A program made the position numbers and the translations under genes. A stretch of 59,574 nucleotides of DNA, counting the filler, from Dimargaris cristalligena (lineage: Eukaryota): assembly GCA_003614675.1 (NCBI GenBank). It is 2 parts of 2 records of this genome, joined end to end, with 100 filler letters (N's around TTAATTAATTAA, not from the genome) between each part and the next. Parts side by side here need not be neighbours in the genome. Positions count along the whole stretch, not along the records: positions 29,842 to 59,574 come from ML002475.1; 1 more part is not named here. One strand, given 5' to 3'. This document shows, piece by piece, positions 33,706-46,569 of the stretch (position 1 is its first letter; each line of letters begins with the position of its first letter). The notes under the pieces were generated by a model. That model saw only the letters and a program-made list of their open reading frames with translations. It ran no database searches and had not been told where the DNA came from.

Positions 33706-36705
33706 ATGCTTCCGTCGTATTTATCTATACTAGCCCTCTGGTGGCTACCACTGTGCAAGGCCTGGCTGTACGTCACCGACCCTCGCACCAGAAGCACCGC
33801 CGAGTATACCTCCGTTGACTTTGAAGGGGACGTGGAATCCCCGTATACCATGACGGGCCTACTTCTCCCTATTAATATGTACGAGGGATGTAAATTCTCC
33901 ATGATGGGCGACGACTGGGTACCGGAGGCGGTTGGGTCGAACCTTGCCAACGGGACCCGAGCCGATAGCGTCCAATCAACGTTCCTCCTTTTTAATCGGC
34001 AAAATGCCTACGATAGTGGATGCGAGGGATATATCAAGGTAAGTAGCACCCTGGGAGGGAGGATTCACCCCCACCTGCCCCCCCCCCGCCGCTAGACATG
34101 TCCTATCGATAGTGGGGCCGCACTACTTGCAACCAGCACCGAATGGTATTATATAAAATATAGTCCAAACTACAGTGGTCCACTCACTCACCTAGTATAA
34201 ATTATTATGTCGTGTGTTTTTCGTCTAAACTATACCCCCCTCCCTTACTGGGGCTGGCTCCCATACGGATGGCTTAATTTTAGGTCATGTCTCAAGTGAA
34301 GTCACTCATTAAGTCGGTTGAGGCAAGAAACTACCCCAGGGTCGAGCTTTTGATCTTCGCCTCCATGATTGACAGTACCAAGTATTTTGGTAGCGCCAAC
34401 GATGAGTATTACACCTCGTACATGTCGGACAAGCCCAACAATGTAGCGGTAGCTTACGTTGGCAATGATGTGGCATTGAAACTCAAAGAGCAAGCCGAGT
34501 CGTTTGGTCCGCTCCTAGCAACAGCCGTCGAAGGTAGGTAGTATATTTAGAAATATTATATGGCCGAGGGCTGAACCATCGGGTATGGAGGGTATTCGCC
34601 TATGTGTTGTAGCTATTAGCCCAATTATCCTAGGAAAACTATACCCTAAATGTGGTGTAGACTGAGGCTGGGGAATTATTTTTGGCGAGTTATCTAGACT
34701 TACTATTGCTCCACAAACCCTAAAATCTAAAACACTCGAAGTTTCAACTAATTGCCAATCCTACTATTTTACACCCGCGCTTCCATGTATCTAGACGAGG
34801 GAGTGTGGAACCAGCTCCGGCAATCCCCGATCGAATCGGTTATGATTGCCTTCCGCTATATTATGGTAAATACCAACATAGTGTTATATTCGTGAGATTA
34901 TCGCTTGGCTCTTCGATCACCCTAAACCGCCAATCGGCTACGCACCTCAGCTCTAATACGAGCTGGCTCTTATTGGGACTGGCCTTTACTTGTTTACACC
35001 CCCAATCGTCATATTTATATGTATATATTCTAATAACAAGTCCACTCTATATATCTCTGTATATCATGGGCGGTGTTATGCTGTGCCGTAGATTATCCCT
35101 GTGATGACCTTCACCCTATTCTTCTTTTGCAAGGATGTCTACAATGAACGTACCCTTTGGACTCGTCGGGTTATGCTACTGGTTGCTATCGAGATTTTTC
35201 TCTTGAGCTGCCTGATTGTCCCGATAGGCTATCCCCAAGACGCCTATCAAATATTCATCCGGTACGTTGGCTGGTTAGCTGGGTTCGGCACGTACAGTTG
35301 GGTCCTGTTGAGTTGGTAAGTAACCACCGTGTCTATAGATAAACCGCCATCTTTGATCAACCCAAATTATGACACGCGGGAGTTGTTAATCGTGGACTGC
35401 TACTCCTAACTGAGACTCCACTGCTAACCCCCCTCCCCTTAAAATGTATTGGACATTCGATTACTCTATCCGGAATACCTAATGAACATAGGGCCAATAT
35501 TATCCAAAAGACGCAAAATCCGCTGTTTTGGTGTATTTTCTACTACCTCATATACACCGGCATATTTACTATGGTGGTTCACGCCATTGTAAATTGCGTT
35601 TATACCGTTGTGGTAACCAACACCACCGACTTTCTCCGAAATGTCGTTAATGCCTATATACTTCCGCCCATTCTGGTACTTCAGGCCATATTCATCCTAA
35701 CTTATGGTAAGTCAATTAGATTGCTGGCTCGCCCCTTTTCTATACTATATGGCAAAAGAAAAAGCACCGTTTTCAGTATAATTCGCTAATCCTGGTCAAT
35801 CCCAACTCATCTGTACCTCGTTTTCTGCTTATCTATCCCGCCTTTCCTCTCGCCATACGTTAGGTACTCGGTTCCTTAGATATATCCGTCATAAAGTGGG
35901 ATTTGGGAGTCTACGCCAGACGTTCCGAAAGGTAAGTCCGACACCATAGTAACAGTCACAAGCACTGCCTGGTCCCAAACAAGGCTAATCATTCCCCCCT
36001 CATATCGCCACCCACCGATCAACGAATAGTAGTTAATCTAATAGATATATGCATTCACCCATCATTATACCCATATGTTCCTTACTTTCCGAAATCCCGA
36101 CTCTCTTTGGAATTCCGACCATCCGGCTCCACCAGCTAACTTATCTTTCGTACGGCACATTTGTCGGTTACATCATCTTAGCCATATGTACCGTCATGGT
36201 CCACAGCTACTTCTCAGGTATGCTCTGGGTGAGCCCGTTCCGTAGCTTTGTGTACAACATGGCCTCAGCGGTTATGGCCGGCATCGTGCTCTGGATTCTC
36301 CGCGTCCACGAGGAACAGCCCCTAGCGGCTCATCCCCAGACCATGGACAGCGACGGAACCCATTCCCTGGTCCGCAACAATTCCATTGGCATTTCGTCCC
36401 GCACCCATTTCAATGAAAAGCCCCGGCATCTCAACGACCAGGCGGGGGCATCGCCGGCTCTCCACCCGATTTCTACCCCCACGACCCCCACGGCGACCAT
36501 GTCCCGGTGCGGGTCTATTAAAATCTCCATGGAGGAATCTATGGAGGAATTCGACCTGGGTACCTACCGCGTGCGACAGGGCGACTTGCCCAACTCGGAC
36601 ATGGACAATTCCATGCCCCATACTATTATGGATACTATGCCGTGTCCCATTTATCCGGACAACCGCGCGTCTTTCAGTAAGCCGTCAAACGTTTGGCACC
36701 CATAA
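33706..36705 (+). CDS. Signal peptide + extracellular (PA-like) domain + seven-TM receptor-like protein (~576 aa)
   Basis: Seven phase-consistent GT-AG exons: 33706-34038, 34284-34533, 34795-34865, 35092-35315, 35492-35706, 35864-35931, 36136-36705. Signal MLPSYLSILALWWLPLCKA, ~190-aa ectodomain, seven hydrophobic segments and a Ser/Thr-rich tail. Confidence 0.8.
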
Positions 36706-37464
36706 ACAAGGGCCTGTTATTCGACTCCTATGAGACGGACTACCATCGTGTAATGAAAAAACTTACCCAACCATGTGACTGGGCTCATCTAGCCCTGACA
36801 GGTTGTAACAGCCTTACAATATTTATACCATATTCAAACTCCTATCGCTGTAAATTTTTATCTATTTTTCTATTATTTCTGGGGACCATCGATTGACCAG
36901 GAGGGTTTTGGTGATCTCTAAACTCAATATTCTATGATAATTTAAAGTAATGTTAGTAGTATTGCAACCTCCCATGTATATATAAATTTCCGTAATATAT
37001 TCTAAACTTCTCGCAATAGTAGCTCTTTAGAATGTCGAAATGGTGGAGCAATTAAAGATTATTTCAAATGTACAGTGGTAACATCGACCCTTAAATAGGA
37101 TTAAGCTAGAACTAATTGCGGGAGCCTTTGGTAACATGGGGCATCTAGCCATTATGATTAGAAGTCCATGGCCAAATACAGTGTTGGATTGTCCGGTGAG
37201 TTGGCCTCAGTGCATGCACGTAGAAGTGAGATGGGCGCAGTGGAGTGAATAGGGGGATATATTATATGACAACGAGTCCCCTGGTATGGCCAGAGTGACG
37301 AAGGTTTGATCATTAAAGTCATTTTCTATCTGATTTATCCCCGTCGTTTTGGGATAGGCGTTCTTTTTATTATTTATTTTTTGGTTGACCTCTACTGGCA
37401 TTTCTTTTTCAATTAATACAGTGGTATTGGGCCCTTCGTCTAGCAGCCCACCCCTTTCGACACC

Positions 37465-39213
37465 ATGTCGCCACCGCCTACCAGAGCAGTCCCTTCGATC
37501 CGCGCCCGGCGGCCAGGCCGAGTAGTGGCTTCTCGATTTAAGTTGGCCAAAAGTACCAAGGCCAAGACCAAAGCCCAAGAAGCCGATACCCTTGCTGAAG
37601 CGGCCCCCCATTCGACGACATCGACCACCACCACCACCACCACCACCATAGCCACCGCCACCACTACGGCCAGTCGAAAACCCACTCTGACCGTGGCCGG
37701 TGCGGCGAGTACATCCACCACCGCCACTACCTCCTCCCAGTCCACCACTGGTAATCGCCCCCTGGCTGGCCCAACGGGCCCTCCCCGCCGGGTCTCGAGC
37801 CGACTTGCATCTCCTTCACTCCCCGTACGTGAAACGGGTCCCTCGCGTCGCCCCATGTCCCAAAGGGGCAAAACCCCAGTTCCTCCTCCCCGTTCCCTCC
37901 ACCGGAAAGTAAGCGCCTCCTCCCTCCGGGGCCGCAAGGTACCCGGTTCTTCCCAAATCATGAGTGGCCGGGGGACTCGGACGGCAACGGCTTCACCCAC
38001 TAATGGCGCACCTAAAAAGCCCCGCATGTCCGACACGGACGACGGTGAATCGGTCCCCCCCAACCCCACTGGCACCAGCACCAGCACTAATACTAATACT
38101 CAAGCTAGCACAACCACCACAGCCACCACCGTTGCTCCTTCCACTAAAAGGGTAACTCGTGCCCGCCAGCCCCCTCCTGAGTCGGCGGCCGGAAACACCA
38201 GGTCCATTGCCAGTCCTATACCTGAAGAGCCTACCCCGCGACGCTTGACTCGACAGTCGTTGCGAGCGTCTACTTTACTAACTCCAACGGGGAAGGTAGT
38301 CGCTCCGACTCGACAGATACGCGGCAACGACACCCCTAGGACGACTACCCCTACTCCTACTGCTACTTCTACCCCCACACCCTCTAAATTACGGCGAACC
38401 AAAAACCGAACCACTCTTAAACCCGGCTCTACGACTAATTCAACTACCGCGTCCATATCAACAACTCCACTGGCTAAGCCAACCCTTTCACCTTCTTCTA
38501 TTCACAACCAACCTTCGCCTAATACCAACAGCTTCCTAAGCACATCGTTTCCACCATCTACCAGCGGACTGGCAAGCGGACTTGGCGGTGAACCGGGCGA
38601 TGAATTAATGGCATTGACTACCCGGTGGTTACAATGGGTGTTCCTCAATCGCAAATCCAACCGGCAATTCTCCCACCGGCGTGACGTCGCTGAAACTCAG
38701 TTAATGAACGCCTGGCAATCGCTGCACGACCTGCAAACCACCATCTTCCACACCGAACGAATGATTCAGCAAGCGGAACAGGGTCAACGGTGGTCGAACG
38801 GCTCGACTGACCCTGTTACCACCACGTCCTCCTCCACGGTTCCTTCATTCACTACCGTCCACCGTTCCACGTTGGAAACCATGCTTCATACCTGTGCCGA
38901 TCTCCAGCCCCAACTCACCCGACTCTCGGAGGCCCTCTTGCACAGTACTAACATCCTGCCCACCACAGACATTGCGGCGGTCAGTCAGCACGAATTTAAT
39001 GAACGCGTTAACCAAAGTTCTACCCTCTTGGTGGGCCTGGAATCCGCCAATGCTTCGAATTTAAAGGCCAGTGTGGATTTAGCGGAGTCCGTTGCGAGGG
39101 TTGCCCAGGTGTTAGAAAAGGAACTTCAGGAAATACAGGAGGTGATTGCCTTGACCCAGAGCATCGATTCTCTGGAAGCGGCCTGTCAGAGCCTAGATCT
39201 AAGCCAAGGCTGA
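37465..39213 (+). CDS. HAUS8/Aug8/QWRF-like microtubule-associated protein (putative augmin subunit)
   Basis: N-terminal GRVVASRFK motif, long basic Thr/Ser/Pro-rich disordered region, C-terminal helical domain with TRWLQWVFLN (cf. QWRF-family RLLQWRF). Confidence 0.55.
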   Translation: MSPPPTRAVPSIRARRPGRVVASRFKLAKSTKAKTKAQEADTLAEAAPHSTTSTTTTTTTTIATATTTASRKPTLTVAGAASTSTTATTSSQSTTGNRPLAGPTGPPRRVSSRLASPSLPVRETGPSRRPMSQRGKTPVPPPRSLHRKVSASSLRGRKVPGSSQIMSGRGTRTATASPTNGAPKKPRMSDTDDGESVPPNPTGTSTSTNTNTQASTTTTATTVAPSTKRVTRARQPPPESAAGNTRSIASPIPEEPTPRRLTRQSLRASTLLTPTGKVVAPTRQIRGNDTPRTTTPTPTATSTPTPSKLRRTKNRTTLKPGSTTNSTTASISTTPLAKPTLSPSSIHNQPSPNTNSFLSTSFPPSTSGLASGLGGEPGDELMALTTRWLQWVFLNRKSNRQFSHRRDVAETQLMNAWQSLHDLQTTIFHTERMIQQAEQGQRWSNGSTDPVTTTSSSTVPSFTTVHRSTLETMLHTCADLQPQLTRLSEALLHSTNILPTTDIAAVSQHEFNERVNQSSTLLVGLESANASNLKASVDLAESVARVAQVLEKELQEIQEVIALTQSIDSLEAACQSLDLSQG

Positions 39214-39862
39214 GATTTAAATCAAAACAGCGCCAGCGTTGCTGATTCCACCAACATGCAAATGACAAGAAATGATAATGATACCATCTACCTCCAGCCA
39301 ACCCAAGCTATTGGTGCTCGCTATTTTTGGCGCATGATTTATTGTAATATATTTAGCGGTACAATATATATTCATATTTATATAAACCCCCGACTTCCCG
39401 ATCTCAATACCAATATCAATTACATGGTAAGGGGCTGACATAGGTTCTACAAGACGTGAACTTCTCAATCCTTTCCATCTAGAAAAATAATTTTTAGTTT
39501 TTATAAAAATGTGTTTGTGTAAGACAACTGGCCAGGATGATTAAATATTGAGTGGACATTAGTATTAGTGAACGGAAATGGTTCGCTATGGAAGGGAACG
39601 TAGAACGGGCGAAAAACTAAGATGGGACAAGACTATATGTAAATATATATAGACATAAAATATACCATGACTGCAGTAAGTTTATGTATAGAAAAATCAA
39701 ACAATGTCAGACTGGAGGAAACTTGAGTCCGCGGCGATGTTAAGTGCAAAAGAAAACTGGCTAGGTGAATGCCCACATACAGTCCAATGAAATCGGAAAA
39801 GAAAGGAGAGCGGAGTTCGCAAAAGGCAGCCGAGGAATTTAAAGACAATCCTTTATATGAAA

Positions 39863-42800
39863 TCAGAAATCCTCAATCGCCGGCATCACAAATTCCTGTT
39901 TACCCTCGGTCATTTTCACGGTTGCACTAGGGCATAAATCCCGAACGGGACACTCACCACAGCGCGGCCCGCTTCCCTTACATAGAATCTGACCAAAGCC
40001 CACGAACAACGGGTTGATTTCGGTCCAGTATTCTGATGGCAACCAGGACTCCAACTGCTGCTAATTGAGAATGTCGGCCAGTGCATCGGTATGTATTCCG
40101 GTATAGAGTATATGAATATAAAGATGTGTTAGTTGTTATTCCCAAATGGAAGGGCATTACAAAGCGGTTGACTATGTAATGTTTTGGTCCGCAGCATAGA
40201 CAATCCAAATACAGCGACATAAACTACAATATGTAAACTTGGTGGTAAGTACCTTCCGGGTATGCTCGGGGGTTTTGGCTTCGGAGTCGACCCATTTTAA
40301 CCGATGGCTTATGCGGTCGACATGAACGTCCACCCCAATCCCAACATTTCTGATCAAAAGTGGTACAATTGAGCAAGTTTTATAGGATTTACAAAACAGA
40401 GGGTTAGAGAGTGGTCGATTAATTCACCAATATTCACCCATGAATGAGCGCATATGGCTAATTATATGCAACATTTGGGCATTATCAATAAGCGTGATAG
40501 CAAAGGCATGATTTCATGATCTAAACGAGCGCAAAGCAGATACTTACTTTTTCCATGCCACTTGTAAGGTCAGATGCGCCTGTAGGATAGCCGCCAAAGC
40601 GAGTAAGTAGAGATGATGAGGTGGTGTAGTACTACATTCGGTTAGATCTACGCAACGAATATCCAAACGGCAGATCATATTTATAGAAGGAAGCAAGAAC
40701 AGTCAAAGTAACAAATACACCAAGCATGCAGCGCTACACAAAAAGAAGGACACTTACCATTTTGGGCCCAACTCCAGGAAGTTTAACCAGCCCTTCTAAC
40801 GTGCTGGGGATATCTCCGTCGTATTCATCTCGGCAAATTTCGGCAACCTTCTTAATGCATCTGTCCATCGAATACCAATTTAAACAGGAAAAGTAGATAA
40901 TCAATAAGATGTACATGATGTGGTGGGATTATTTTACAACCACGGTGTAATATTCGCTATACTATGGCTGAGGCACCGAGCCCGTAGAGGGTACCATAAA
41001 ATCTTAGAAAAGGGAATTCCGGCCGACATGCATTGGGTCAACTTACATGGCTTTTTTGGAGTGAAACCCCACCTTCCTGATACATTCATCAATATCCTCG
41101 ACTGATGTGTCGATCATATTCTCGATGGTTAAGCCAACCTTCTGAAGGTTCCGTACAGCCCCTGCCGTGGTCGCGTCTTTGGTCATGGAAGAGAGCATTA
41201 GGGAAACTAATGTTTGGAAGCGGTATACCTAATGATTCGTCAATTCAAAAAAGTTTCAAAATATAGACCCAACAGAACCCCGATCGTCGTCATCATCATC
41301 ATCAGTATATAATCCGCAAATCAATAAACCCGAATTTGATATGTTCAACAGTACCTGTTATTATGGGATATACCTAAAAAGGAACCTCCGCAGCTTAACT
41401 AACAGTACCCCCAGTGGGAACAGCCCCCCCCTTACCTCTCTGAGGATCACGGGGGCTCGAAAATTGGCAAAGTTAATCATCCATCAAGAGCCTTCCAACA
41501 CGTTTGGGATACAAACCAAGGGTTAAATTAAGCAATAGATTACCTTAGGATCGGCAGTGTCGTCTGCAAGACGTTCACAGCCCATGGTGTCTACTGGAGC
41601 GGAATTTTTCGACCGGTATTCCTTGATACGGGTGTACACCTGCTCCCATTCGGACTCTTCCGTCTGTTTATCCGACTCTGGTGGCATGGCACTATTGGAG
41701 GAGGTGGAAGAGGAAGAAATAGAAGAGGAGGAGGATGGTAGTGGTAGTGGAGGATCGGCAGGGGCTTCGATGTGGGCGGTGGCCACTGACCCTTCGGCCG
41801 GAGCAGTGGTCTCAGTCACTGTTATGGGGGTGGCTGGCGGGGTTGCTGATTTAGTCGGGAGAGGGGCCGGGGAAGATCCATTTTCGGCCGGAGGAGTAGT
41901 TGGAGGAGCCTGCTCAACCACCGGACTATCCACTGACACGGGGGCGACGCGAATTTTCTTGGCTGAAGAACGTGTAACCCGACCTACGGGCTTAGCAGGA
42001 CGAGGGGTAGCGGATGATCCAGACTTGGAGGCGGTCGAGCTGGATAGCAAGACCTCCTTCTGATGATAGGGATGGAAGGAAATTCCAGAATACAGCATAT
42101 AAAGAAAAAATGAGAAAGAGATTAGCACCAATCGGCATCAACTATTCGCTTGCGAAAGTGTGACAGGCCCACCCCTCCTCCAGAACCGAAAAGCGATAGC
42201 CCAATGAACTATGATGCATATGAGCAATATACTTATTAGGCATTGGGCCATGTTGATTCCCCGAAGCAGGCAACTGCCCCAGTTAGGCCCACACCCATTA
42301 ACCCAACCACTCAGAGCCATCCAGGCCTTCTAGACCACCGGCCAGGCCCGGGATAATCATCGGCCAGGGGTGACAGGTGGTGGTTAGTAGGGCCCGGGTA
42401 GCTGAAAGAGAAAACGTGAGAAGGAGGGGAGAGTCAGTGGCACTCCCGTCGGGCGTTGGGGAAGTACTACCGCAGTTATATTCGAAGCAACAAGCGCGGG
42501 TAAGAGTGTTGAATACACTCCTCCCCCCTCCCCAATAAAAAAAAGCGAGAGGAGGGGGAGGGTCTACGAGTTATTATTAGAGGGCAACTAGAGTCACAAG
42601 GGAAGGCTCAAACCGGGCCGAAGTACTCACTGTACCACCCGGATTACTCCGAAAGGGAGGTAGGGGAATAAGACATCAGGACAGGGCCAATTCTGAATCC
42701 CTCGTACATCTCCGCACCTCTCACATTGTGAAGTAAGGGAGGGGGGTAGAGGAGTACCACCCACCCTTGTGACAAACTAGCCAGGTTACTCTAATGAAAG

Positions 42801-42865
42801 TGGAAAGGTAAGGAAAGGCTACATACAGACACTTCGTTACTGGCGCTACGTTTCCGGAGTTTCAT
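39863..42865 (-). CDS. NTH1: Endonuclease III-like DNA glycosylase/AP lyase
   Basis: Exons 42865-42827 (tentative, [13 protein letters not shown]), 42059-41544, 41228-41047, 40860-40758, 40579-40548, 40349-40253, 40060-39863. Motifs [21 protein letters not shown], Hh[15 protein letters not shown] and 4Fe-4S C-x6-C-x2-C-x5-C. Confidence 0.93.
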
Positions 42866-43955
42866 GGGTATGGTCGAACTGGACAAAGAGTGAGTCGATC
42901 GACTGAGGGGAAGAGCAGTCTTCATTGGTCTGGCCCACGACAAAACCGACTGAACAATTCTATGAATGGCGGGGAGAAATGGCGACGAGGGTGCCGGGGA
43001 CGGCGGAGGACGACTGGCGCGAGTACCAAAAAAAAGGCTAATGGAGGATCCGGGAATAGTCCTCGGTCTATTTTACGGGGGGAGTGTCAAACGATGGGAA
43101 TGAGAGAAGATTCGGGGGACGCGCTGTCCAAATGCAGCGCAGGGGAGAGGTGGCGGCAGTTTCGAGAAACGAGAAGAGGACTTCGAGGACCAAACACCCA
43201 GCGACGAAGAATAACGGTCAACGAAGTAGGTTCAGTTTGGGGGTATTTCGGTGGCGACGAGAACGCGTTAGGCGAAATAAAATAACATCAATATGATATA
43301 ATGGAAATATAAAGATAAGTTTCGGGGAGTGGAAGTGGAGCAGGAAAAGGAAGAAGAAACCAGCCAAAGGAAAGGGGAAGGGAATATATATATATAACAT
43401 ATACCGGAGAACAGTTGGTGATATTGATGATGAGTCGACTGAAAAAGACAGTATATGCACATGCGCATAGAGGCTACAGCACCACCACCTCCGCCGGCCA
43501 GGCACGGTCACAAAGGAACTGAGGAGGATGAATATATGGGGGGCTGTTGTCGTATAGTATGTCAAATAGAAAGAGAGAGAGAGAGAGTCAGGTGGGTCCG
43601 GAATTGCCGTATTTGTCCCCAGCCATTTAAAATAATAGTAATTAGTATCCTTTCACTATAGCACCACAACCAGGCCCAGGGAAAGTAACGGCTACTAAGC
43701 AAACCCAGCTTCCCCCCTCTGTAAACCACCACCAGGCCCAGGTTACACGCACCACACCTCTCCCTTGGACTAGCCCAACCAAGGCAACTGCCCGCTTCTC
43801 CTCACACATTCCTGGCCTGGTCTCTTGCAACTCTCCTCATTCCCGTTCCATTGACCAAATACTATTCCTTGTCTAGATCCACCGTTTTGCAGTCCTTACC
43901 GTTCACTTTCTTTTCGTTCCCCGCCCCAGCTGCACTCCCCCTATTTTTGTCCATA

Positions 43956-45024
43956 ATGTCCGCCCTCGAAGAATTCGTCAATAGTAAGTTTTCCTGACCA
44001 GGCAAACCGTGACCCATACCTCTCGCCTTCTTTAACCAGGCAAGGTTTTAGGGGCCGCCTCCCCTTACCCAAGTTCCCTCCATATGCCCGCTTATAAATA
44101 GGCGTGGATTAACCGCTTTCTGACCAGCTTATGCGCCGCCCTTCCCTACCCCCACGCCAATGCGATGACGTCCCATTCGCTTTACCGAATACCACTATAT
44201 CCATAGAGCAAGTGCTTGTGATTACCACTGAAGGCCGGGTTATTCTCGTAAGTAACCTTTAATATTTCCTGTTCGCGAACTTGGTGGTGCTTTTCCTACT
44301 TTGATCTGCAGGCACGAACCACACACATCACATCACAACCTACCCAAAGTTATTGCTTTTCTTGGTAAACCCGCAGATTCAATCTGGGGCACAACCCCCT
44401 CCTTCCTTGCTATATTTTCTGAACTGGGCCTGTGCTTGCCGTTCCGCAATTATACCTTCCGCCCCATGTGCCTTGCCCAATACTGATAAATCCCCCATTT
44501 AATAACAACGCCATTTCTATGATTATCGCGCCTCTATACCCACATTTCCTACACTATTTTTATAGGGCAATCTCAAGGGTTTCGATCAAACCACCAACGT
44601 GGTCCTTACCGACAGCTCCGAGCGGATTTTCTCCGAGGATGAAGGGGTCGAATCCATCGCACTTGGCCTCTACTTTATCCGGGGGGACTCTATGTAAGTT
44701 TCCACGCACACACACACACACACACACATGCCCCCGCAGTTAAAATATTAGCCCGCGGGGACTAATCATGTACCTACTTTTGCACTCTAATTGCATCGAT
44801 CATAAAGGACTCCCCAATAACTCCGCCCCTGAATTTCTACCACCAACCATACGTTATCATCAGTTTTCTAACCTATGAATATCTTCTTAAATCACCATCA
44901 ATCTTCTTTTGGGTCCAAAATTCCGCACCGTAGCGCTACGGTTGGCCTTGTAGATCCTGAAAAGGACGCCTCGATACAACTAGCCGCTATTCACGCCAAA
45001 CCCATTCCTGAAATCGTTCACTGA
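43956..45024 (+). CDS. LSM8: U6 snRNA-associated Sm-like protein LSm8 (95 aa)
   Basis: Exons 43956-43983, 44207-44247, 44566-44693 and 44934-45024 give MSALEEFVNKQVLVITTEGRVILGNLKGFDQTTNVVLTDSSERIFSEDEGVESIALGLYFIRGDSIATVGLVDPEKDASIQLAAIHAKPIPEIVH. Not in the ORF track. Confidence 0.93.
44707..44728. repeat. (CA)n microsatellite in LSM8 intron 3
   Basis: Visible CA run after the GTAAGT donor. Confidence 0.8.
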
Positions 45025-46569
45025 TAACACTAAAATCAAACACGCTGGGCTGCAAAACGAAAACAATCCTCCCCGACTCCACTTTATGTTTTTCTTATTT
45101 TTTTTCCTTTTATACTCCAAAGCAAGTTAATATTTGCCTTGTTCTCACCAACTCTACCCGTCTCTCTCAACTTTCCGTTATTTCACTACCTCGACTTATT
45201 AAGGATTTATACTACCAGCTATCCCCACTGGCTCAACGCACATCTCAGGCCCATCCCAACCCCTCTCGTTCACCGATTCTTTTATACACATTTATATTTA
45301 TCATGGTATGCTCTCTGATTCTATCTAATTTTGTGATTGGATTAAAATAGTATTCTCTGCACTACATATCGCATTTTAATATTCCATCAACCCGGTTGTG
45401 GAAGGAGGATATACTACGGCTGGTACGGCCCAGAAATAACCGGATCTACTAACTCCTGAAGTGCTGCTTAATGGTATGTCGTTAGGCATCACTGTGCTCT
45501 AAATTCAAATAATTGCAGCTGTATTACGTAACAAGAATTAGTAGATTGTAAAACAGGCAATTATTGAATCGCCGCAACCCGCATTAGTATTACTGGATTC
45601 ATTACATGATCCGCCTCCGCCAACAATAGCGAAAAATGGTTTACTCCTTATCTATATTCGATGGTCAGCTATGCCTTTCCAGTGAGGAGTGTTCCCCAAC
45701 TAGCTTGATGTGGAGGAGACCACGATTGGATATAAATGTGCGGTGCCAAGTCCCGGCTGCTTCGTCATTCCGGGGCCCCTCTTGGGGTGAATCAACCCCA
45801 AGATTATTACACCACCAATTAGTTTATTGACCCATTGATTCGATATATCCTCAATTTCTATATTTTGATAAAGAACACTGTCTATTTTTATAGGTTTCAT
45901 CATCCATTTTAAACAGTATTAGCCCCTCTACCTCTCTCACCCCATTGCTACCACCGGCACTAGTGTTTCGGAGGAGTCCATGACGTATGTTTAATTTAGC
46001 GAAATGATAGAACTCGATTTGGTTTTATGAAGAGCTAGTGAGGAAAGGGAGATGGATAGGAGGGGGAGGGGGGCGAGTGGGAAAATATAGTGAAAGGGCA
46101 GAAACAACAAATTGGGGCTAGGACTAACGGCCAAGCAAAGTGGAATTCAAAAATAAACTTAATTGGCATTGCTTCTCATACGGCAAAGGATAGGTAAGTG
46201 AAACACTGCAGGTTAGTGAATATAAATGGAAATGCTATTCTTTTTTTTTCATTTTTTTTTCAAATAAAAATAATCTGAATATATATTTATATAGTAATAG
46301 TGGTTTTGACGGGGGGTGGCAAAATTCCCGAATAACTAAGAAAATTGAAGGCAGGGAAAGTACGCCGGGGAAGAAATGTTTAATGCCTCTGGAATAAGCC
46401 CCTGTTTTCAAAGGGGAATATTACATCCACAGGATCTGCAAAAATATATGATAATTTTATGCGTGTGCAACGGATTATCATCATAACCATTTAGGAGGAG
46501 ATATTGTTACAGTTGCTGGCAATTTTTTGGCTTGGGTTGTTGAGTTTTTTTCCTTCTCAACCATCCACA

